This document shows, one piece after another, positions 14,146 through 25,900 of a stretch of 64,000 nt of DNA. Below the pieces are notes generated by a model. It saw only the letters and a program-made list of their open reading frames with translations. It did not search any database and was not told the DNA's origin. The DNA is from Octopus sinensis (Eukaryota): the NCBI RefSeq assembly GCF_006345805.1, contig NC_043004.1:5146001-5210000 (forward strand), in the 5' to 3' direction. The first letter of the stretch is position 1. Every line of letters starts with the position of its first letter. The translations under genes were made by a program, and so were the position numbers.

Positions 14146-15151
14146 ATGTATCATACGAAATGCAGATACGTTGCAAAAGGCAAATTTACTGTAGTATTCA
14201 TCAGCAGATCATATCTCTTTACCAGCGTCACCTTACTGGCACTTGTGTCCCGTGCTAGTAGGGTGCTAAGAGCACCATCCGAGCGTGATCGTTGCTAGAG
14301 CGGCTAGCTGGCTTCCGTGCCAGTGGCATGTAAAAGGCACCATTCGAGTGTGATCATTACCAGCGTCGCCTTACTGACACCTGTGCCAGTGGCATGTGTA
14401 AAAAGATTCGAGCGAGGTCGTTGCCAGTACCGCCTGATTGGCCCCCATGCTGGTGACACGTAAAAGCACCCACTACACTCTCGGAGTGGTTGGCGTTAGG
14501 AAGGGCATCCGGCTGTAGAAACTCTGCCAGATCAAGATTGGAACCTGGTGCAACTATCTGGTTCTCCAGCCCTCAGTCAAATCGTCCAACCCATGCTAGC
14601 ATGGAAAGCAGACGTTAAACGATGATGATGATGATGATCCTGTGTTTAATGACATAAATATATTAGTAGCTGGCAAAAATATTGTGATAATTGCAGTATG
14701 TTACTGATTAATATCTTAAAACCACTCTCAATTATCTATCATTTTATAGTGTTGTGCCACTTATTAAATTTGAGCTGTGTTCCTAATGTTATCTGATGAA
14801 TATCAAAGTTTCAGGTAAGCTTTGTAGTTACATGCAGAAATCCTGAGGGAGGAAACTGGCAAGCAGCTGTGATAGAAGGTGTTACCTGCAAGCAAGCACA
14901 GAACTGTCTATAAATTATACGAGGTGAATTTTCTTATTTGAAACCTATGTAATTTATCATAATGTTTTTTTTCCGAGAGTCTTACATAACAAATATCCTA
15001 GCAGTAGCAACAGTGAGAGTGCTATATGTGCATTTCCGCGTCTTTGAGCTTTGTCAGTAGTGTGAATTCACTGCCAGCTACATGCTATGTTTACCTATTA
15101 TACGTGGGCCAGTTAATTTCTGACCTGCAAAAACTTATTGGACATTTATAG

Positions 15152-15520
15152 GTACAGGTGTGGCTGTGTGGTAAGAAGCTTGTTTCCCAACCACATGGTT
15201 CCAGGTTCAATCACACTTTCATGGCACCTTAGGCAAGTGTCTTCTACTATAGCCTTAGGCTAACCAAAGCCTTGTGAGTGGATTTGGTAGATGGAAACTG
15301 AATGAAGCCCGTTGAGTGTGTGTGTGTGCATGTGTGGTGTCTGTGTTTGTCCCCCTGTCACTCCTTAACAACCAATGTTGGTGTGTTTACATTCCCTTAA
15401 CTTGGCAGTTCAGCAAAAGAGTTTGATAGAATAAGTACCAGGCTTGAAAAAGAAAAAAAGTACTGTGGTCGATTCATTTGACTGAAATTCTTTAAGGTAG
15501 TGTCCCAGCATGGCCACAGT
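15152..15520 (+). mobile_element. SINE family A (diverged)
   Basis: Same head, core and tail. Confidence 0.85.
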
Positions 15521-15926
15521 CTGATGACACACATGCATAACTGCACACATGTGCATATCCATGCATAACTGTATGGTTGAGAAGTTTGCTTCACAGCTGT
15601 ATGGTCAGTTATCCTCACAACCATGCAAACAAATATCTTCTACTAAAACCCAGGCCAAATAATGTCATGTGAGTGAATTTGGTAAATGGAAATGACCAAA
15701 GTAACTTGGGACCTATGAAAGGAAAAGTTTATGAAGCGAATCGTTTCCTGGATTCTCATGCACCATTTGAAACCCAGTCTAGATTTTTCTGTGAGTCCCC
15801 ACCTAGTGTTCTTGGCATTAGCACTAAAAAATTTATGTAAGTTGACTGTTAACCTGTGACTATATCTTGTCAAACTTAGTTCAAAACAAACTAAAACCCT
15901 TTTGTTTAGCATGACGTAATTTAATT

Positions 15927-16301
15927 AGAACAAGAGCACTCAGAAAGTGCAAACCTCTGCCAAGGCAACACCAATGTCCTCTCAATGATTAGCCAGAGAG
16001 GATTTTTAAAATGAGAATATCTAAAATAAACTCTACTGCTCTTACAAATGAGAATACTAAAAATGAACCCGACTGCTCTCAAAAATTAAGTAAAAAAAAA
16101 CAGGAAAAATAATCTAGAATCCTTGTTCAGAACCAGATCAATCCCAAAATCTAATCAGTTTGTGCCAGTCACAAGGACAAACATCCCTGAAAGTTTCATC
16201 CGAATTCATCTGGTGGTTCTTGAGATATCTTCCCCACAGACAAACAAACAAATAAACATGACTGAAAACAATACCTCCGCCTTTGCTAAGGCAGAGGTAA
16301 A
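15927..16301 (+). mobile_element. Helentron-associated non-autonomous element (HINE/DINE-1-like)
   Basis: 5' aacaagagcactcag...acctctgccaagg sub-TIR, 3' cctccgcctttgctaaggcagagg hairpin, acaa microsatellite. Confidence 0.65.
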
Positions 16302-17240
16302 GATACTATAAATACATAACCCAAATTAAATTCTCCCTCTTTCTTCAGTGCCTTGCCCAAAGCTCATTGTTCTTTCACCTGGTACCTAACAGAAGGAGCA
16401 CCTACTGCATGTTTCTGAGGGACTATACAACTCCACCCTCTTTACTCAGCAACCTAGTGGAGTGAATTGTTTTATTCTCTTTCTCTCTTTTTTCCTTCCA
16501 ACCAGATGAACACAGCTACTTAAGAAATTCTTAACAGAACTTTGACTAATCTTTGTGCAACTCGAGGAAGTTGCTTCTTATATTGTAACAGTAAAATAAA
16601 GACCATTCCAACCACGAGCGTAGCTAGAGTGTGTGCCACCCGGGGCAACTCTTCCATTTTCCACCCCTAGACCCCACAAAAAACACACATTGCCTAAAGC
16701 AGACCTAAAAGTGGTGCCCCTTTAAAAGTGCCACCCCTACTGCCCCTCCCCCAAGCAATGCTAGTGATTCCAACCATCGTTTTTTGAAAAAAACATTTGA
16801 ACAAGGTCGTTGTCAGTGACACTGGACTGGCTCCTGTGCAGGTGGCACATAAAAAGCACCATTTGAGCGTGGCCATTGCCAGTACCACCTAACTGGCTCT
16901 TGTGCTGGTGGCATATAAAAGCACCCACTACACTCACGGAGTGGTTGGCATTAGGAAGGGCATCCAGCTGTAGAAACTCTGCCAGATCAGATTGGAGCCT
17001 GGTGCAGCCATCTAGTTTGCCAGTCCTCAGTTAAATTGTCCAACCCATGCTAGCATGGAAAGCGGACGTTAAACAATGATGATGATGATGATGATCCATT
17101 ACATTTACATTACTCCAAACACATGAAAGCAGGACTAACTAAAAGTCTGAAAACAAGAATGCATGTTTAGGACAAAATTATGAAGATGCTCTGGACGAGC
17201 AAAAGGCAAAAATGTAGGAAACTTAAAGTACCCAGCCTAC

Positions 17241-17431
17241 CTGTGGTTTCACTTCATTAATATTGCTTGATCTAAATTTAATAAAGCCAACAGTTTTATG
17301 ACTTGATATTTGTTTATTCTCCAATAAAGTTGCTAATGTCATGGTCAAATCGGTATTCAGAAATCCAGGTTTTACACGTATCATACAGCAATCTTTCCAT
17401 TTGTTAGAATACAAGAATTTCCAGAAACTAT
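17241..17431 (-). CDS. Internal exon of minus-strand host gene (SFWKFLYSNKWKDCCMIRVKPG...EVKPQ)
   Basis: Strong acceptor ttttttcttatttccttgttctgtgcag, donor GTAGGC, open frame, phase 1 to phase 0. Confidence 0.85.
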
Positions 17432-17706
17432 CTGCACAGAACAAGGAAATAAGAAAAAATACATTAAAACTTTTGAGAGGAAAACAAAATTATTGGATTT
17501 ACCATCCACTGTTCAAGAGACAGACCTCACTCATCAACCAGTAAGGTGGGTGGGGTTGAAGGTGCATTGCTTAATGGATAGGGTATTCAGCTTATGGCTG
17601 TAAGGTTGTGAGTTCGATTCCCAGCAGTGTGTCGTGTCCTCGAGCAAAACATTTTATTTCATGTAGTCCCAGTTCATGCAGCTGACAAAAAAAAACCCCA
17701 GTAGTA

Positions 17707-18207
17707 CCGTAAATCTTTGAGTATAATCTGCATTTTTTCCCCAAAATCCCTAGTGCGTATTATACACAAGGTTAAAAATGAAAAATATTTTCTAAGCAAT
17801 GTCCGAATCTCTAATTGCTGTCTGGCAATGTTTATTCAGACACATTTTGTGATGTCGGGCACAAAATATACCTTAAGCTAAGCCTGAAAGCAATGAAGTC
17901 ATAAAAGAATCATCCATAACTTGCAGTAAGCAACATTTATTAAATGTTATTACTGTTATTTCTTTATTTTCTGCAAACAAAATGCACAAAAATGCTACAC
18001 GTTTGCATTATGTTATATATATACAATAATAATAAAGTACATTACCATATACAGTTTTACAAACCAAGGACATTATATAGCCCTCTTTGATTCAAGTTAG
18101 AGAAGGAGTGCATATTATACACAAAGTTTAGGTTTTTCAGAGGTACAGCCCCCTAAAAATCCCCTGTGCATTATACTCAAGGGCGGACTATATTCGAGGA
18201 TTTACGG
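17707..18207 (+). mobile_element. pogo-like MITE
   Basis: TIR ccgtaaatc(c/t)t(c/t)ga(g/a)tata with TA flanks; same family as 63202-64000. Confidence 0.9.
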
Positions 18208-19137
18208 TACCTATATTTCAAAGGACCAGCCTTGTCACATTCTGAATTTTGCTAAGTCTCCTTGAAAACTACATTATGAGTGTGTCTGGGGAGCACTCAA
18301 CAACTTGCACCATTAATCTCACGAGTAGGCTGTTCCATTGTTGGGTCAACTGGAACCCTCATCAACATAACAGACAGTGCTAGTTATGGCAGTGTTACTC
18401 ATTTGTATCTGAGTGACTAAAGCAAAATGAAATAAAGAGTGTAGTAAGTCACCTATGTAGAAAGTCACCAATTTAGTGAGGGTGTTCGTTTGTTGTGTCT
18501 ACAATTTTAGTGTGAGTGCATTTATAGTGTCACCAGTGTAGTGAGAGTGTTGTCAATAATTTATAGTGTGGAAGTTGGTAAAAGGAAAAATATCAGAAAG
18601 CAATTTTTATTCAAAAATATTTTTTAATTAACATCACTTGACAAGTAGTAAGATGTGTAACTTGTATGTATGTATGTGTGAGTCAGGGAAAGCTTTTATC
18701 ACTTATGTTTGTACAATAGATTTAGTGGTAAGTCACGAGTTGATATAATTCAGAGTTAGCCTCACAACAAAAATGTGAAGAACAAAGAGCTGTTCCATGT
18801 TGAAAGAGAGATGTGATATAATTCAAAACTAGCAGACACGAAGTTGGTGTGCAAAGCAAAGTTGCCGCTCCATGTCGAAAGATAGATGTTACTTTTCTGC
18901 TCTCTATCGGCTAATTAAATTAAAACTCTCACTTCTCTTCATGGGCAAAGAACTGCCTCTAGTATTGATATATGCCCAGCTCTGATTGGCTGGAGTTCTT
19001 ATAGTGCAACAACATGGCAACAAAAGTAGCATTTCTGACTCACTGCAAGAGTTTTTCTCTAGAGCACCAACACATTTGGGAACTGAAACAGCGACCACAT
19101 GATTGTGAGCATAATACCTCTAATTACTAGGCCATAC

Positions 19138-19386
19138 CTTCACTGCCTGTTGGAGTGTGTTTAAGTTATTCAAATCATTTAACTTATATTTACCTGAATC
19201 AACCTCTACACTATAAGCTGGAATTTTCATGTCATATGCTTCACACACAATACTTTCCTTGAATGTTGGACGTAGGAAAACATTTTTGTAGTCGATTATA
19301 CTAGAGCGTTTCTTAGAATTTTCTACAGGGCCTGAAATTAGCGGGCGAGTTGCTTGTGTATAAAGGAAACGTTGCGTGCTATTCAT
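19138..19386 (-). CDS. Probable first coding exon of the minus-strand gene (MNSTQRFLY...TLQQAVK); possible 39-nt exon at 19044-19082
   Basis: Acceptor at 19420/19421, ATG at 19386, donor AAG|GTATGG. The phase link to the 17431 exon is unresolved. Confidence 0.6.
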
Positions 19387-19619
19387 AGTTCGTCAATAAT
19401 TAATATATCTCATTCACATCTGCAGAACAGAAATAAAGAAATGGAACAGATGAGAGAGAAATAAAACAAGAGAGAGAGAGAGAGAGAGAGAGTAAAAAGA
19501 GGAAGAGAGAACAAAGGGAATAAGTGGAAAGGGCTTTGAAAGCACGATTCGATATCGATCCTATTTGTAATGCTTCGATTACTAAAAATAATCCCACCTC
19601 AGAAACCTTTTGATAGGCA

Positions 19620-20530
19620 CAGATACGGCTGTGCGGTTAAGAAGCTCACTTGGGAGCTCAGTCCCCTTAGACAAGTGTCTTCTGCTATAACCCTGGACTG
19701 ATTTATGCCTTGTGAGTTAATTTGATAGCTGGAACTGTGGGTCGTATAACATATATATCTATATGCATACGTGTATTCGTGTCAGTGTTTGTTCCCACCA
19801 ACATCACTACCACCACTTGACAGACAGTATTGGGTAATTGTTCAGTTTAGTTATATAAAAATTAAGGGGCAGATAAGTAGTTCGGTGGCATAAAGAGTCT
19901 CGAGGAAGTGTTATTTGGTCGAAGTACCTGACCGCACAGAAGAAACTTTAACTGAGCTGATACAAAGGTAGATTTTGCCTGTGTCTCACACAATCAGCGA
20001 TGGATGACGAACATATAATAACATTGGTATCCTCAATGGTGGTGCCTACAACAACATTTTGTTGATCCTCATGATCAAGACGTCCACACAAAATGTGGAA
20101 AATATGTTAATGCGGGTGAAACGGAAGTTGAGACGACAGTTTGGGACATGGGACGAATTGTTTGTTTCATATCTGTATGAGTTTCTCTGGTGTAATTCCA
20201 CTGAGAAAAAGAAGACATTTGTTCACTTTCTGGCGGTGATCGCCAGTCTTTATGCTGTATAAAACGCAAGCTGCTTCTTTTACTACTCATCTCCCCTTAA
20301 TTTTATTTCTTTTTATTCTACTAAACTGAACAATTACCCAGTATTGTTTTGTTTACATCCCTGTAAATTAGAGTTTTAGTAAAAGAGATGGATAGAATAA
20401 GTACTAAACTTTAAAAAAAAACTTTTTAAACATTAAAAGAAACCCAGCGGTTGATTTGTTAGATTAAAATCTTTTAACGCGGTGTTCCAGCTTGGCCGCG
20501 GTCGAATGATTGAAATAAATGACAGGCAAA
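19620..20530 (+). mobile_element. SINE family A split by a Merlin insertion
   Basis: Head at about 19620-19830, 3' half resumes at 20347. Confidence 0.75.
19833..20338 (+). mobile_element. Merlin (ISXO2/IS1016-like) deletion derivative
   Basis: TIR ggtaattgttcagtttagt, 8-bp TSD cagtattg (19825-19832 and 20339-20346), remnant HTQNVENM.MRVKRKLRRQFGT...SYLYEFLW. Confidence 0.9.
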
Positions 20531-20689
20531 GAAATTAAATGTGCTTTCTTCTCTTGAAACTAAAAAGTTTAATAGCAGTGTTCCTACAAAAATTAATCCC
20601 TTCTCGAGTCTCTAGGAGCCACAGCGTAAGTACTCATCACCAATTTCATATAGCATTAAGCATATGAGATACAAACATTTTCACAGAGT

Positions 20690-21800
20690 ATGGCGGCGAG
20701 CTGCAGAAACGTTAGCACGCCGGGCGAAATGCTTAGCAGTATTTCCTCTGCTGCTACATTCTGAGTTCAAATTCCACCGAGGTCGACTTTGCCTTTCATC
20801 CTTTCGGGAGCGATTAAATAAGTACCAGTTACGCACTAGGGGTCTTTTCCTTTAGAAAGGCAATTTCTAGTCACCTAAACACATTTAAACTTCGTATACT
20901 GGTAGAATGTGTTTATAAAACATCATTTTTTCTTGGCTTTATTGAGAAAATTCTATAGTTTGTAAGATATTTCCACTTTAATTTCGAGCATTTCGGCAAT
21001 TTTAACCAATCGCTGACCTCCATTTGGGGTGAAAACATTCCGTGCTGTATGAATATGTCCCTCGTTTAAGAAACAGATTGGGTTTATTTACATTTGCGAA
21101 GTAAAAAAGATACCCTTCCCCAACCCCTAACCCTAACCCTAAAACAGATTGAAATGCAATAGATCGATACTTGGGTTATAATTATGGGTGACATTTTCAT
21201 ACGACAACGCTACGGAAAATGGGATTTTTTTCTAGCGGTATCAAATGAAAATGTCACCCATAATTATAACCCTAGTATCGATCTATTGCATTTCAATCTG
21301 TTTTAGGGTTAGTGTTTAGTTAACTAGAAATTGTGTTGACATGTGCCGTTCAAAATGAAAAGATCCCGCACTGGGGTCAATATAATTGACTTAATCCGTT
21401 TTTGTCTGTCCTTGTTTGTCCCCTCTGTGTTTAGCCCCTTGTGGGTAGTAAAGAAATAGGTATTTCGTCTGCCGCTACGTTCTGAGTTCAAATTCCGCCG
21501 AGGTCGACTTTGCCTTTCATCCTTTTGGGGTCGATTAAATAAGTACCAGTTACGTACTTGATCGATATAATCGACTTAATCCGTTTGTCTGTCCTTGTTT
21601 GTCCTCTCTGTGTTTAGCCCCTTATGGGTAGTAAAGAAATAGATATTTCGTGTGCCGCTACGTTCTGAATTCAAATTCCCCCGAGGTCGATTTTGCTTTT
21701 CATCCTTTCGGGTGTCGATAAATTAAGTACCAGTTGCGTACTGAAGTTGATCTAATCGACTGGCCCCCACCTCCCACAAAATGTCGAGCATTGTGTCTAG
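20690..21800 (+). mobile_element. SINE family C (ggcggcgagctg(g)cagaaacgttagc head) interrupted by a foldback MITE and followed by two tandem 5'-truncated copies
   Basis: B-box gagttcaaattcc; tail tgtcccctctgtgtttagccccttgtgggtagtaaagaaatag occurs twice. Confidence 0.85.
20838..21366. mobile_element. Foldback MITE with long imperfect TIRs and (CCCTAA)n-like repeats
   Basis: Ends ggggtcttttcc / aaaagatcc, flanking duplication cgcact; same family as 28000-28726. Confidence 0.85.
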
Positions 21801-22479
21801 AGTAGTAAAGAATATTTTCAAAAAGTTACTGTCATTAACTTTTCCTTGTAAAGGAAATGGAAGTTAGAATCTTTCATTAAATACAACAGCATTTACTTTG
21901 ACGTGGCGGACAAGGAAGATGTTGATAAATAAATGTCTTGGTCACAGATACAACGTATAACGAGGCTTAGATTTGAATAAAAGTACTCAAATCGTTATTC
22001 TGGTTGATGGCCAAGCCAAAACAAATAGGCGGAGTTGCAATATCAGTTGGCATGAACTTATGGTTTCGGAGGTTTTTTAAAAAATTTTGACAGAAGCAAT
22101 TGATAAAGAATCACCTGTTTACACACACGCACACATATATAGAATACAAAAAAATGGGACAAGAAGGGTATCTTTTTTTCTTCGCAAGAACGCAAAACAT
22201 CAAGACAGATGATACAAAAAATGGACAAGAAAAAACAAGGACGGATCATTCAGAGTTTTCTTTCATCAGTCGAGTTCCAGATTAGATTTGCAGTTTCGGC
22301 TGGTTATACTCGAGACTGCTCCAATCTGGCCAGCCCCAAGGAAAATCTAAGCTAAAAGCACTAGGTTCCTTGGATGAAAGCAGGGAATGTATACGAAAAC
22401 AAGGACTAATGCAGGACATTAGCAACAGGTGTCTCTCGACTAAGGACGAATTAAATTTATTTATATATAGATATATATA

Positions 22480-22780
22480 TATATATATAACGTGGTCACG
22501 TGACCGACCAGACCATCAGATGTTGTTACACATCGCTAGTCACAATGCGTTCGCATTGTTTTAGCCTTCAAATGACGCCACCCCACTGGCTAAGCAAGCA
22601 GGCCAACAGAAGAAAGAGTGAGAGAAAGATGTGGCGAAAGAGTACAGCAGGGATCGCCACCACCCCCTGCCAGAGCCTCGTGGAGCTTTAGGTGTTTTCG
22701 GTCAATAAACACTCACAACGCCCGGTCTGGGAATCGAAACCGCGAGTCCGCTGCCCTAACCACTGGGCCATTGCGCCTCC
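22480..22780 (-). mobile_element. SINE family B
   Basis: Reverse-complement match to 8568-8852. Confidence 0.85.
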
Positions 22781-22884
22781 ACACACATATACATACATAC
22801 ATACATATACATACATACATATATATATATATACATATATATATATACATATATATATATACATATATATATATATACATGTAT

Positions 22885-22915
<31 letters not shown>

Positions 22916-24068
22916 CATACGCGCGCGCGCGGCTGTGGTTAAGAAGCTAGTTTTCCAACCACGTGATTTCAGTTTCAGTCACTCAGTGCAGTACCTGGTG
23001 CAAATGCCTTCCAAGTGAATTTGGTTGTCGAAAACTGTTTGGAAGTTGATTGTGTGTGTGTGTGCGCGCGCGCGCAAGTCTATTCCTTGATTCACCGTTT
23101 TTTAAACCGCTACAACAAAGGTTTGAACTCAGATTACGTTGAGCAGTCGAAATGAACTCTATACTTTATTTAGTTCAGCACTCTACATTTTCAATCACGT
23201 CTACTGTCCTAGATATTGATTTCACGCTTTAGCACCGAATCATAAAATTTCCGAGGCGGAATACAGTCAATTAAAGGCTACGAGCTCGCAGGATCATTAA
23301 CACGTTTGATGAAATGCTTAGCGACGTTTCTTCTGAATCTTTTCGTTTTGAGTTCAAATCTCGCTGAGAGGCATTTCTTTTGCCTCTTCATGTTCTGATT
23401 TCAAATCACGCCGAGATCAGTTTTGCCCTTCATCCCTTTGAAGTCCTTAAAATAAAATACCTCAAGTACAGGGGTCGATGTACTCGGCTTATCTCTTCTC
23501 TTCAAAATTGCTGGCCTTGAAACCCTGTAACTGACTGGTGTCCTATTATGGGGCATGTTGAGATCTCGGCCACTTATATCTCACGGAAAACGGATAACCA
23601 GCCTTATGTTTCATAGGCTTCAAAAAAAAAAAAAAATCGATTAACATTGATAAGTAATGGCTGATATTTACATATACTCGACCCAAAGAATTCGGAAAGC
23701 AAAGATATTTAATCTGATATGTTACCGTTTCTATCACTCCACAGTTCTGGCCGCCTTATCTATAGGAATTCATTACTGTGAAGGAGATTAAAGATGGTAA
23801 CGCTTCGACTATATGTCTTTTAAATATTCACATACAAACATCCGGTTTTGCCCTTTCAAAACCGGCCAGAACTTATTGTTCAATATTCACGATGTTGACC
23901 TTTAGTAAGACAATACATCGTATACCTACATGGTACAGAGAATGTAATTGAAAGAAAATCTTGCTATGTAACTCTGAAAAGAGAGAGGGCAAAGTTTGAA
24001 GTTATTGTTTCTACCAGCGGTTATATGTTATTCGAGATATTTTTGGAATATCGAAGCAGAAAAAGGCA

Positions 24069-24600
24069 AGACTTCCGCCCGTGCCCTCCCCCCACCAAAC
24101 CATCCTTTTCAAAAACTTTTTTTTTTCGACACAAACCTACCTTTTCGGCTAAGGGGAATACGAATCTGCAAAAAAATTGGCAAAAATCGACATTTCTAAA
24201 TTACCACCCCCACCCCTATTTCTTTCATTTTTAACTTTTTTCACAATTTTTTTTCCTCAAAATATGCGGGAAAATACAGAGATTATGATTCTGAAAAAAA
24301 TTTCCCAAAATCTTTGTAAAATTTTTTTAAAGAATTTTTTCTTTTCTAAATATGCGGGAAAATACGGACATCAAGATTCGGACAAAAGGTCAAAACATTT
24401 CTGTACTTACGGTTACGGTTTTAGGGTTAGTGTTGCGGAAAAAAGTCAAAATTGAAGAAGTGGGGGGGGGGGGATTTTCACAATGCCGATTTTTGACAAT
24501 TTTCCCGAACCTCCGTATCCGAAAACGGGATTTTTGGCAAAAGAAATTTAAAAAGTAAACAAATTTGGGAGAAAATGGGAGGTGACGAGCGGAAGTCTTT
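24069..24600. mobile_element. Foldback/MITE-like element
   Basis: Inverted repeats aagacttccgcccgtgccctccc / gggaggtgacgagcggaagtctt; internal ggttac/gggtta repeats. Confidence 0.6.
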
Positions 24601-25576
24601 CCCAGAAAAATACTGTAAAATAAGTTAGGTATAATTATAAGATTTTTCTTCTACTGTAGATATTTCTACTGATATATGTATTTATATGAATACCTCCATC
24701 AGTAAAGAGGCTTTGTGCTTCCGGCCAGCATGTCTGATGAGTCATCTATATTGCTTGGTGCAATAGTAGATGCAAAACTTGTGGTAACTTTCTGACCAGT
24801 TATATGCCATAACCAAGAATACACTACTCGAATACATAAAGGATATAACTGGTCAAAATTTATTTTGGAGTGTGCTTTTTTCTCTGACTTGTGGAGAACT
24901 GACCGATATATATATATATATATATGAGAAAAAGAAGAAAATGAAGGATGCATTAGGATGCACAAGCCAGTGGCGAATGCAGGCGTTGCCCTGGCAACAT
25001 CCTTTCTAACCGCATTGTTGCAAATATAACATTGTTATTATATTTCCAGCAGTTTCACAACATTATTGTTTCATAGGTCTATTTGTTACGAATTGCGATT
25101 TCCACTTTAATCGTATTTTTTTCAAAACTTTTGGGCAGCACTCCCCAAAAAATCCATGACCGCGCACCCCTCTGCAAGCGCACATATCTGAATTTAAGAC
25201 TGAGTCTATCAATGATTAGCCAATACATTGGGATGTAGTTCTTTTTCTATCAAATTCTTACTCTGACGAAATGTTCAATTAACTATATTCAGTATGAATC
25301 TTTAATTTAATTTCTCTAATTTGAACATTAATTGAACATGGAAATGATTGTAGGTTCTATGAGTTTGATATTGTTCGGAATTGAATTAATTTTAATAGAT
25401 TGATGGCGGAGGTAAAGAATACGTACACCATCCGTTTTCGGTGTAACAAAAAACCTAACCTAAGCACTTGATGTGCGTGTATTCTTAACTTTCACCAAAT
25501 TGATGTCTATATGTCAATTTCTCCGTTTCCTTTTTCTCGTACATAAATGATAATTTACCCATATCCATCAATGCGA

Positions 25577-25900
25577 AGTGGAGGCACATGGCCTAGTGGT
25601 TAGAGCAGTGGACTCGCGGTCGAGGGACCGCGGGTTCGAATCTCAGACCGGGCGATGTGTGTGTTTATGAGCGAATCACCCAAGCTCCACGCGGCTCCGG
25701 CAGAAGGTAATGGCGAACCTCTGCTGACTCTTTCGCTACAACTTTCTCTCACTCTTTCCCCCTGCATATTGCAGCTCACCTGCGATGGACTAGCGTCCCG
25801 TCCAAGGTGGGGAACCTATACGCCAAGGAAACCGGGAAACCGGCCCTATGAGCCAGGTGTGGCTCGAGAAGGAACAAAAAACAACAACAAATTAATGCGA
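25577..25900 (+). mobile_element. tRNA-derived SINE (family B-type head, gcgatggactagcgtcccgtcc domain, (AAC)n tail)
   Basis: A box tggcctagtgg, B box ggttcgaatct. Confidence 0.85.

Noticed and set aside
14985-15123. Possible extra minus-strand exon
   Set aside because: Acceptor is present but all frames close early, and the 17241 and 13499 exons already join in phase.
21110-21145. (CCCTAA)n as interstitial telomere
   Set aside because: Only 2-3 units, internal to the foldback MITE family.
24577-24640. ETS-like gcggaagt promoter motif
   Set aside because: It is one arm of the inverted repeat of a foldback element (partner at 24069-24092).
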